From: Octopus sinensis | Taxonomy: Eukaryota | Direction: 5' to 3' | Length of the DNA stretch: 64,000 bases | NCBI RefSeq assembly: GCF_006345805.1 | Contig: NC_043006.1 | Coordinates: 310,001-374,000, forward strand | Part shown: one piece after another, positions 53,485-64,000 of the stretch | Layout of the letters: each line of letters starts with the position of its first letter | Numbering within the stretch: the first letter of the stretch is position 1 | Made by a program: the position numbers and the translations under genes | The notes under the pieces: generated by a model | The model's input: the letters and a program-made list of their open reading frames with translations, nothing else | The model's database searches: none | What the model was told of the DNA's origin: nothing

Positions 53485-55044
53485 TATAGACACATGTCAG
53501 AGTGGCAAAGAAACAAGGACAGTATCAGATGGTCATAGGATTTGCTAAAAACAACAGCTAAATCATCCTTAAATCACACACACACAAAAAAAAATTCTTT
53601 TTCATAATCATATGAATTCCCATGTGTAGAACATAAATTCTCAAAAGGTTTCTGAAAATTCCAAAAGATAAAAAAGTTATGAGGGATGCTTAAACCAGAA
53701 TGCTGCCTGTTATTTTAAGCAGTGATGATTTCAAATCTCAGCAAGGTCAACCTTGTATTTCATCCTTTTGAATTTGATAAAATTAAATATCAGTCAAGTA
53801 TTAGAGTCTATGTAATTGTCTTACTTTACCCACTCCTTGTAAATTTGGTGGCTTTATGCCAAAATTTGAAACAATTATGCTTTGCAACGACCGTATAGCG
53901 GCTGTCGTTGGCTGTGAGTGTTATTAAATGGAAAGACAGTTAGTATGAATCAGCATAAGACATTTTTGTGTATAAATATATTGTTTATTCTGTGTTCACC
54001 TTTTGTGGTGGAAGCATGTAGTATGGTACAAAAACATGTGTTTCCATACAAAGAAAGTTTTGATTTTTGCTTTTGCACTGAAAGAAATCATCATCATCAT
54101 TTAACGTCCACTTTCTATGATGGCATGGGTTGGACAGTTTGACTGAGGACTGGCGAACCAGAAGGCTGCACCAGGATTCAATCTGATCTGACAAAGTTTC
54201 TACAGCTGGATGCCCTTCCTAGTGCCCACCACTCTAACAGTGTAGTGGGTGCTTTTTATGGGCCACTAGCATGAGAGCTAGTCAGGTGGTACTGGCATCA
54301 ACCACACTTGAATGGTGCTTTTTATGTGCCAGTGGGATGTAAAGTAACATATAATATTTGTATTACAGTATGTGTGCAATGAGAACAGTCATTTTGAGAA
54401 TGTGTGTGATGAAATATCTTCGTTTATGAACCTTATATCTTGTGTGAAGGTGAATGGAGTCACACAAGGGAGATTGCATGTGGAGCTGCAGAGAAGACAT
54501 GTGTCTTTAACTGAAACCTGGCAGGAACTGAGAGTTTTCTACAGTGTAGCTCAGAATGAGGTTACTGTATCAAAGTGAGGCTAGACACCTCATTGACATA
54601 TTTGTCTGCTGTGCAGGTTGACTCATATATTATTATAAGTAGCTCTGCTACAAGCAAGTTAAATGGTTAAAATTGTACAGACCTATTTTCTTTCAAAATT
54701 AAAAAAAATCAATTAAAAAAATTTCCCCAACTCCCCGTTATTTAGCGGTTTGGCAAAGAAACCGATAGAATAAGTACTGGGCTTACAAAGGAATAAGTCC
54801 CGGGGTCGAGTTGCTCGATTAAAGGCGGTGCTCCAGCATGGCCGCAGTCAAATGACTGAAACAAGTAAAAGAGAAAAACTCAATTGTAATTTACACCTTC
54901 AGAATCTTTAAATTTTCATTAAAAACTAAGCATTATTAATCAAAGTTATAAAAAACAAAGTTTGGAGGGAAAGCATTAAACCCTATGTTTGCCCTTATAC
55001 TGAGGCAAATTACTTTGCTTATTGAGGATTCAGTGTCTATTTTA

Positions 55045-55557
55045 TCTATATATATAAAACTGTAGTTGTGTGAGTGTCTGTCCCCTTCGATTTAGATTCC
55101 TAACTACTCCCACATTTTGCGGTGCAGTTTAACCAAATTCGGGTATCTTATAGTCGTGATTCATATCGAGCCCGTCTGGCTATTAGCGCACGTCTACAAT
55201 GAGTCTACGATTTAAAAAATAATTTAACATCATTTTTTATTCCATTTTAATGCATAATTTTTCGTGTATCGATGGCGGCGGAGTTGGCGTCCATGGTCAC
55301 ACCTGCACCTGTTTGCTTCTCCCCCTTCTTCCCTCCCTCATGAAGCTGTGGGGAAGGGAGTGTAAGGAAATCAACGTCGTAATGCGTTGTGAAGGATACC
55401 AGCGTTCTTTTAGAACAACGACTTCATGGCTTGAAGACACCAAAACAGAAATGGCTAAGAAAGCCCTAATTGGCATCTATAAGGGAAGTAACTCTCTAAA
55501 ACTGCTAATATAGTTATTTCCCTTACAAACCCGAGCAATGCCGGGCGATACTGCTAG
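55045..55557 (+). mobile_element. Non-autonomous Helitron
   Basis: A|TCTATATATATAAAA 5' end; subterminal hairpin CCCGAGCAATGCCGGG; CTAG|T 3' end. Confidence 0.85.
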
Positions 55558-55872
55558 TTACAAATAAACTCTTTCTTCTGTCCTTCTTATTGACTCAGTG
55601 AGCCGTGACGTTTGTGGATTCTGTATAATTCAATGAATTTGTCTATTCAATCCCACGGAAGTATCACAACAGGATATGAGTTACACTGTGCAGAAGTAAC
55701 ATTACTAGCTGGAATTTCCAGAAACAGTCAACTATTAGTAACTTTGAGTTAATTAGAATCACAAATATATTTATTATTCTTAGCTGTTTCAATTTTGATT
55801 GTTGTTATTATCTATAGAATCATATCATTTTTTCTTTTCATCCTCTTTTACTTTACTTTTATTCTATAACCA

Positions 55873-56966
55873 ATCTGGCAGTGTCAGGTATAGCCTAGTT
55901 ACCCGTATAGTTAACCAGGTGATACATGAAGGAGTCATACCCCAACGACTGGTGTAGCAGCACCATAGTCAACTGCTACAAAGGTAAAAAGTGACACTTT
56001 AGATACAAATAATTACAGAGGTATCAAGTTGTTGGATCAGGTAATGAAGGTCACGGAGAGGGTCATAGCCCAACTAATTAGGGAGAGAGTTAGCTTAGAT
56101 GAGATGCAGTTAAGGCAATTACAAGCATGAAAACAGGGAAAGCCCCAGGCCCATCAGGAATTACTGCAGAGATGCTCAAAATATCTGGTAGTGTTGGCTA
56201 TAGCCTAGTCACCCGTATAGTTAACCAGGTGATACACGAAGGAGTCATACCCAATGACTGGTGTAGCAGCATCATAGTCAACTGCTACAAAGGTAAAAAA
56301 GTGACACTTTAGATACAAATAATTACAGAGGTATCAAGTTGTTGGATCAGGTAATGAAGGTCATGGAGAGGGTCATAGCCCAACTAATTAGGGAGAGAGT
56401 CAGTTTAGATGAAATGCAGTTTGGGTTCATGCCAGGGAAAAGCGCCACTGATGCTATATTCCTGGTAAGACAGCTGCAGGAGAAATACCTAGCCAAAGAT
56501 AAACCTCTGTACCTGGCTTTCGTTGACTTGGAGAAAGCCTTTGACAGGGACCCCCGATCCCTTATCTGGTGATTAATGAGGAAACTAGGGATAGATGAAT
56601 GGTTAGTGAGAGCTGTGCGAGCCATGTACAGGGACGCTGTTAGTAAGGTGAGGGTTGGCAACGAGTACAGTGAAGAATTCCAGGTAGAGGTAGGGGTCCA
56701 CCAAGGTTCAGCCCTCAGACTCCTCCTATTTATCATAGTTCTCCAGGCAATAACAGAGGAATTCAAGACATCGATACTCCTGGGAGCTCCTCTATGCTGA
56801 TGACCTTGCTGTAATTGCTGAATCACTATCAGAACTAGAGGAGAAGTTTCAGGTGTGGAAGCAAGGATTAGAATCGAAGGGCCTTAGAGTCAACCTAGCA
56901 AAAACCAAAGTCCTAATAAGTAGAAAGGCAGACAAACCACAAATCCCTTCAGGTAGATGGCCCTGC
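55873..56966 (+). mobile_element. RTE-clade LINE RT fragment with internal duplication
   Basis: KAPGPSGI, NYRGIKLL, QFGFMPG, FVDLEKAFD, GVHQGS and LYADDL motifs with stops/frameshifts; 55873-56111 duplicates 56183-56421. Confidence 0.92.
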
Positions 56967-57027
56967 TTTAAGGTTTTAGGATTAGGGTTAGGGTTAAGGT
57001 GTTAGGGTTAGGGTTTTAGGGTTAGGG
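56967..57027 (+). repeat. Degenerate interstitial (TTAGGG)n tract
   Basis: tttaaggttttaggattagggttagggttaaggtgttagggttagggttttagggttaggg. Confidence 0.85.
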
Positions 57028-57539
57028 CTGTCATAAATAACAGTGACAAACGAAATATACACCGCCAATAGTTGTTGTTGACAAACAACAGCAGTAATTT
57101 TATTCAGCTGAATACATGTCACTGATTGGTTGAAATTACTGAAATAGGACAACTTTAACATGAAATAACTTATATAAGTTTTTCTCTAAAATGCTAAGAG
57201 TAAAAGATGTTCTATATGACACATTCTACCAGTGTGCGAAGTTTGAAAGTGTTTAGTTACAAAAAATTATTTTAAAAATTTGTCAGTCAAAAGGTAAAGA
57301 TCCTAAATTGGATTTGGAGAATTCATGTCAGTTTCTTTTGCTTTTTCTCCATGAAACCCAGTTGTGTGTGTGTGTGTATGAATGTTAGTATGATAGTCCA
57401 TTTATAGGACTTAGTCTGTCGCCTGATTTAATGTCACCAAGTCTTTGGGTGCCTTTAGTAAGAAACCTCTCTGTAAAAGGTCATGGGCACTTTTCTTTCC
57501 AAACTAGAAAAAGAAAAGAAAAAAAGTCAATGCGTGTTG

Positions 57540-58500
57540 ATTGAAGATATCAAAAATGTTTAATGTCCGTTGTAACCGCAGAAACGATAGATAGCACATA
57601 TTAAACCGAGCGATAATGACAAATTTGACAGAGGAGGGGAATTAGACAGATAGATAGAGAGAAAGAGAGACAGAGAGAGAGAGAGAGAGAAAGGGAGAGA
57701 GAGAAAGAGAGACAGTGAGAAACGAGGGAGGGAAGGAGAGAGAGAGAGAGTTGTCCGCTTGAGAATTAAAAATAAAATCCTGGAATAAACGGGCATAAGC
57801 TAGAGTTTGGTGCGCCCACCATCGACTTTTATATTCCCACATGTCGATATTAATTATTAATTGTAGCAAGTCGTATTGGGGAACAACAAATTCTATATCC
57901 GCAGAATTTGCCAAACATCTCCCCCCTCTTCAAACAATAAGACACTCCAATTAAGTAACACTTAGTGGGTGTTGTTTAATCAACAGCAATAACAAAACTA
58001 ACAAGTGCCATCAACATTTTTGTTTTTTTTATATGTATTTAAAATTTTTTCTAATTTCCTGGTTGCTGGTATTTCGTTATTCAAGTCTAAATGAGCACAT
58101 ATTTCTCTCGCACTTGTGGAGCTCGGATATCCTGCAGTAAAATCTATCAAAGCCGATGATGTGATATTTTGTGGCACCTTGCTTTATTAATAATGTGTGG
58201 TTAACAATATATAAAAGTAACTTGTTTATCAAGCAGAAGAACACACACACATAATCGGAAATATAGTCGTTTTACGATGGAGGCCTTGAAAGGTAAGTCA
58301 ATTGTTTTTATTTGAGGAATATTTAGGAAACGAATTTTAAAAAAATAATTGTGTGTGTGCGTGTAAAGGGTTGAGGTTTTGAGAAGTACAACGGAACAGT
58401 TGATGTTTTTTTGTTTTATGAAAATATACCGACGCAAAGTATAAAGCTTATTTCGTATACGTATCTCGTGCATACGGATATACATATATAGAGACATAAA
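57540..58500. promoter_or_regulatory. CpG-retaining unique region with (GA)n tract, probable promoter/5' UTR
   Basis: Visibly more CG dinucleotides than flanking unique DNA; no recognisable repeat family; precedes the ATG plus donor at 58277. Confidence 0.4.
58277..58292 (+). CDS. Probable first coding exon of an unidentified downstream gene (MEALK...)
   Basis: ttttacg ATG GAG GCC TTG AAA G|GTAAGT, perfect donor, inside a CpG-retaining non-repeat patch; no downstream exon identified. Confidence 0.4.
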
Positions 58501-58711
58501 TACTTATCTTCCTATCTACACACAATACTCAATACACGAGTGTATATACGTTTTTTTGTTCGTGTTGACGGGCAGTTACTTGTTTCAGTTTTTAGAGTGC
58601 GGCCATGCTAGGGCATTGAAGAATTTTAATCAAACTAATCGCCCTCAGTACTTGTTTTATTTAAGCCTGGTCCTTAGTCTATCAGTCTCTTTTGCTGAAC
58701 GACTAAGTTAC

Positions 58712-58941
58712 TTATTTCTTTACTACCCACAAGGGGCTAAACACGGAGAGGACAAAGAAGGGCAGACAAACGGATTAAGTCGATTATATCGACCCCAGTG
58801 CGTAACTGGTACTTAATTTATCAACCCCGAAAGGATGAAAGGCAAAGTCGACCTCGGCGGAATTTGAACTCAGAACGTCACGGCAGACGGCAACGTATTT
58901 CGCCCGGCGTGCTAACGTTTCTGCCAGCTCGCCGCCTTATC
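58712..58941 (-). mobile_element. SINE family B inserted in a family A SINE, with a 20-bp target-site duplication
   Basis: TTGCTGAACGACTAAGTTAC at both 58692-58711 and 58942-58961; core GTCGACTTTGCCTTTCATCCTTTCGGGG (minus strand). Confidence 0.9.
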
Positions 58942-59506
58942 TTGCTGAACGACTAAGTTACGGGGACGTAAACACACACCGGTTGTCAAACGTTGGTGGG
59001 GGACAAACATAGACACAGACACTCAAACACACACAGGGGATATGGGCATACCTACACGTGTGCCCCCCCCCCACCGACTTCATTTGGCCATAACTTAAAA
59101 AAAAGAAAGAATATTTTTAAATGAAATTTCTACGTTTCAAATGGCGTAGATCAATAGTTCCCAAAATAGGGGGTAGCACCCTCCTGGGATGGGGGCAGTG
59201 GAAAGATCTTGTGGGACGTTGAAGGAAATTGGGGCGTGTCTGTCAACCCCGCCTCCGTCTATTTTTTCATCGGGCTACTCAGGTATAGAGAGAATGGTGC
59301 TTAAAAAATCGATCTGAAAAATGTTTTAAGAAAAACTAACTTTAAACAAGGAAAGAACATAAATAAATAAAGCACCCGGAAGTTTACTGGCAAAACTGGT
59401 CATAAAAACCCCAAGAAATATTCCTCAAACAGACGAGAATATGACACTGACAAAAACATCAACAACAACAAAAATGACGAGAAGAAAAACAGCAATAAAG
59501 AAGTGA

Positions 59507-59542
<36 letters not shown>

Positions 59543-60204
59543 CTGCATGGCTCCTCAGGCAAATGTCTTCTACTATATCCTTAGGCTGACCAATGCCTTG
59601 TGAGTGGATTTGGTAGATGGAAACTGAAAGAAGCTCATTGTGTATATATATATATATATATTATATATATATATATATATAAATATACTTTATTTAAAGC
59701 AGCAGAAAATTCAACAAAATCTGTTACTCTGAGTTTCTCGTTGCCGTTCATCAGACAGTTTTTGCTAGAATGGAACCGATATATCAATTCAATCCAGACT
59801 CTTACAAACGCTACACCTTTAAAAAAAAAAAAAATATATATATATATGTGTGTGTGTTTGTCCCACCACTATCGTTTGACGACCAATGTTGGTGTGTTTA
59901 CGTCCCCTTAACTTAGCGGTTTGGCAAGGGGTCAGTAAGCTTACAAGGAATTAAGTCCTGGGCTCAATTTCTTTGACTAAAAATCTTTTAAGGCAGTGCT
60001 CCAGCATGGCCGCGATCAAATGACTGAAACAAGTAAAAGAATGAATAGGTAAAAAATATATAAAGAGTGCATTGCGTTAACGGCACAAAACTATTATGAT
60101 ACCCTGGACGTTGACTGTTGAGGAATTAGCCAATAATTTTCCGGGTGTTTGGCTTGGTTAAATTTTCTGTTATGTTTTTGTCAAATTTTCCATTTTTTTT
60201 TGCT

Positions 60205-60966
60205 AAATTTTCTCGTTATATCCTAGCTCACTTTTGCTGTTTACAGCAGTGCTTGGAAGGAAGGTGTGTCGTGTTTGATTGTCGCATTGACCATGACAGA
60301 GAAAGTTGTCAAAGTGATACCTGCTCAGAGGCTTATGCAGAATGGCAGAAAGCATATGGAGAGGGGTTTATGAGCTGCACCCAAGTGTATGAGCGGTTCA
60401 GATGTTTCCAGGATGGCCAAAATAATGTTGATATTGATGAATGTTCTGGGAGACCCGCAACCAGCAGAACTGAGAAAAACATTGTGGATATGCGTGCAGC
60501 TGTGAGGGGAAATCGTCGAATCACCATCCATGAGTTATCAGAGGATGTACAGATTAGTTAGGGTTTAGTTCGGTCCATTATCACCGAAGATTTAGGTATG
60601 AGACGTGTGTCTGCCAAGTTTGTGTCAAAACTGCTTTCAGTTCCCCAAAAAGATATTAGGGTTTCAGTTATGTGAGATACTGATTGTGTGGTGAATGATG
60701 AAAACTTTTTGGAAACTGTGTGTAGGCCTCTGAGCAGGTGTGGCCAAGCTTTTGACAAAGTTTGATGCAGATTCTTTGCTTAACTTTTTCTGTCATGGTC
60801 AATGTGACAATCACACGCTACACACCTTCCTTCCAAGCACTGCTGTAAACAGTGGAAGTGAGCTAGAGCAATAAAATTTAGTGTGCATATACAGCAAAGT
60901 TCAAGGTCAATCTGTGCCAAGCAGCTTTACTGTTGTGGCAACAGTCTGGAGACTTATTGATCATAC

Positions 60967-60968
<2 letters not shown>
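60205..60968. mobile_element. Rearranged mariner made of two convergent 5' ends (long inverted repeat)
   Basis: 60205-60335 is the reverse complement of about 60716-60881; both arms contain ATG ACA GA(G/A) AAA GTT; transposase N-terminus with GRP motif between them. Confidence 0.8.
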
Positions 60969-61025
<57 letters not shown>

Positions 61026-61228
61026 TATATATATATATATATATATATACATACATATATATATATCATACATATATATATATATACATACATATATATA
61101 TATATACATACAAATATATATATACATACAAATATATATATATACTACATATATATATATATACATACATATATATATATACATACATAATATATATATA
61201 TACTACATATATATATATATATCATACA

Positions 61229-61271
<43 letters not shown>

Positions 61272-61290
61272 CATACATACATACATATAC
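60969..61290. repeat. (CA)n(TA)n(TACA)n microsatellite
   Basis: Direct inspection. Confidence 0.95.
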
Positions 61291-61893
61291 TAGCAGCTAA
61301 GCCCAGTTTCACCTGGTTGGTTTGGATGATGTGGCTATAAAACCTGCTCTGTGTAAGTATTTGACTTGTTTGGGCACGCTTACATTAAAAAACAATTTTA
61401 GATTGACTTTTTCCTGTTAAAACGCTAAAAATATTTGATCAACAAAAAAAAAAACAACCAAGATTCAGCCAAATCAAAAAATAAACCCCAAATACTAAGT
61501 GAACAAAGATGAACCATCCTACTTCCATTGCACGTGCACATACAGACACACACATACATTCACACACACCCCTTTTACATACACATATATTCACACAGAG
61601 TTGAAACGCCGTTTGATTTATTTTTTCATTGTACAATTTTCATCCTCCCACTACCAAGTATGAGATCACCCCTACCTTCCTTATCCATCTACCACCACTT
61701 CCTTTCTCATTCATGAACACAAGAGTATTATTATAGTAGATTATTTTGGTAACCCTGGGAGTTATGAGAAAATACAAAGCCCACCATCACCAGATAATTC
61801 TACACATCTGTGTAATTTTTCGTGCAATTCCACCCAGCCATTTGACCGTGAATCCCAAGACAAGAAAGAATTGCCCATGTCAAATTTTTATAT

Positions 61894-62302
61894 AGGCGCA
61901 GGAGTGGCTGTGTGGTAAGTAGCTTGCTAACCAACCACATGGTTCCGGGTTCAGTCCCACTGCGTGGCATCTTGGGCAAGTGTCTTCTGCTATAGCCTTG
62001 GGCCGACCAAAGCCTTGTGAGTGGATTTGGTAGACGGAAACTGAAAGAAGCCTGTCGTGTATATGTATATATATGTGTGTGTGTGTGTATGTGTTTGTGT
62101 GTCTGTGTTTGTCCCCCCAACATTGCTTGGCAACTGATGCTAGTGTGTTTATGTCCCCGTCACTTAGCAGTTCGGCAAAAGAGACCGATAAAATAAGTAC
62201 TGGGCTTACAAAGAATAAATCCCGAGGTCGATTTGCTCGACTAAAGGTGGTGCTCCAGCATGGCCACAGTCAAATGACTGAAACAAGTAAAAGAGTAAAG
62301 AG
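61894..62302 (+). mobile_element. SINE family A, full length, near consensus (others at about 21698-21995 -, 36687-36853 -, 59560-60045 +, 63414-63808 +)
   Basis: Complete head, core TTGGGCAAGTGTCTTC, microsatellite and tail. Confidence 0.9.
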
Positions 62303-62327
62303 TATATGTATGTGTGTGTGTGTGTAT

Positions 62328-62429
<102 letters not shown>

Positions 62430-63016
62430 TTACTTAACCAATCATTTCTATTTTAAATGACTACAATCTTGACTCCTTAGCATGGATATTATCTTGAGCA
62501 GGTAGTTTTAACCTGAAAATTCATTGTAAAGATAAGAAATTCTTCATATTTTCAATAATTTGATATTTTGACTTTTAATCTAAGTAAAGAACTGTACAAT
62601 TATTTTAATGCATTTTAAGAATGTATTTATTGGTTTCAAATTTTGGCAGAAGGCCAGCAGTTTTGGGGAAGGGCTGTGTTGACTAAATTGACCCCTGTGC
62701 TTCACTGGTGCTTATCTTATTTACTCCAAAAGGGTGAAAGGTGAAGTTGACCTCGGCAGCATTTGAACCTAGAATGTAACAACCAACAAAGTCCTACTAA
62801 GCATTTTGCTTGGTGTGCTCACAGTTCCAACTCACGACTTTCTCTGAATGTAACCTTACACATTATGAAACGCAGTGTGGGTCCTGTTTGCCATGCTGGA
62901 GGGGAAGAAGGGCAAGACAACAGATGGAGTGGGGCAGCATTTAAAGGCTTTGCTCCAAAGATGCTGATATTTTAATCAAAATAAAACTGCAAAATATTTT
63001 TGTAAATTTTATTTAC

Positions 63017-63018
63017 TT

Positions 63019-63053
<35 letters not shown>

Positions 63054-63335
63054 AATATATATACATACACAAATATATACACACACAAATATATATACAT
63101 ACACAAATATATATACATACACAAATATATACACACACAAATATATATACACACACAAATATATATACATACACAAATATATATACATACACAAATATAT
63201 ATACATACACAAATATATATACACACAAATATATATACATACACAAATATATACACACACACAAATATATATACACACAAATATATATACATACACAAAT
63301 ATATACACACACACAAATATATATACATACATATA
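63017..63335. repeat. (CT)n(CA)n followed by an ~18-22-bp ACACAAATATATATAC minisatellite
   Basis: About 14 near-identical units. Confidence 0.95.
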
Positions 63336-63804
63336 TGTGATATATACTAAACACTTTTGCTTTCAAAATATTATTGTTCACATAATGTGTATATAAATAT
63401 TAATAATATATATTGTGTGGTAAGAAGCTTGCTTACCAACCACATGGTTCTAGGTTCAGTCCTACAGCATGGCACATCGGGCAAGTGTCTTCTACTATAG
63501 CCTCGGGCTGACCAAAGCCTTGCGAGTGGATTTGGTAGACGGAAACTGAAAGAAGCCCGTTGTATACACACACACACATATGTGCATGTGTGTGTATATG
63601 TTTGTGTTTGTCCCCCCGACCACCATCGTTTGACAACCAATGCTGGTGTGTTTACGGCCTTGTAACTTAGCTGTTCAGCAAAAGAGACTGATAGAATAAG
63701 TACTAGGCTTACAATGAATAAGTCCGGAAGTCGATTTGTTTGACTAAAACCCCTTAAGGCACTGCTCTAGCATGGCCGCAGTCAAATGACTGAAAGTAGT
63801 AAAA

Positions 63805-63842
<38 letters not shown>

Positions 63843-64000
63843 TATACTTTTTGGATATATATATATATAAAATTTCATTTCTTTCTTTCATCTTGGTCCA
63901 TGTTTCCATTATTACCCTTTTTGATACAAGCCCTTATTTTCTTTTCCAAGTAAAGGATAATATGTTTTACTGATTTCATCTATTTATCTATCTATCTATC

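Noticed and set aside
54372-54578. ORF with CVKVNG, reminiscent of a LINE RT
   Set aside because: Similarity limited to a few residues; insufficient support
56967-57027. True telomere or chromosome end
   Set aside because: Short, degenerate and flanked by ordinary sequence on both sides
57642-57914. Minus-strand ORF as a divergent gene
   Set aside because: Starts at TTG, runs into a (CT)n tract, and has no recognisable homology or donor site

Overview
Eukaryotic, AT-rich and repeat-dense genomic DNA. It is probably from an Octopus/coleoid cephalopod, inferred from the SINE/MITE/RTE repertoire and not verified. The only host gene I can reconstruct is a + strand penta-EF-hand gene, PDCD6/ALG-2. 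Its coding exons 2-6 lie at 8936-8997, 32237-32281, 33852-34010, 34489-34598 and 38104-38205, and exon 1 was not found (presumably upstream of the window). The main discovery is a second, diverged 62-nt copy of exon 2 at 19515-19576, missed by the ORF track. It has intact AG/GT sites and the same phases, and encodes an alternative EF-hand 1 Ca2+ loop, so it is a candidate mutually exclusive exon pair. It is bracketed by two inverted SINE copies that could loop it out. A probable first coding exon of another gene (ATG GAG GCC TTG AAA G|GTAAGT) lies at 58277-58292. The rest is tRNA-derived SINEs, RTE/CR1/Tx1 LINE fragments, mariner and maT (DD37D) relics, TTAA/TA MITEs, non-autonomous Helitrons, and mini/microsatellites. 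Most ORFs in the supplied track are repeat-derived or low-complexity artefacts. Repeat boundaries were read by eye and may be off by a few bases.
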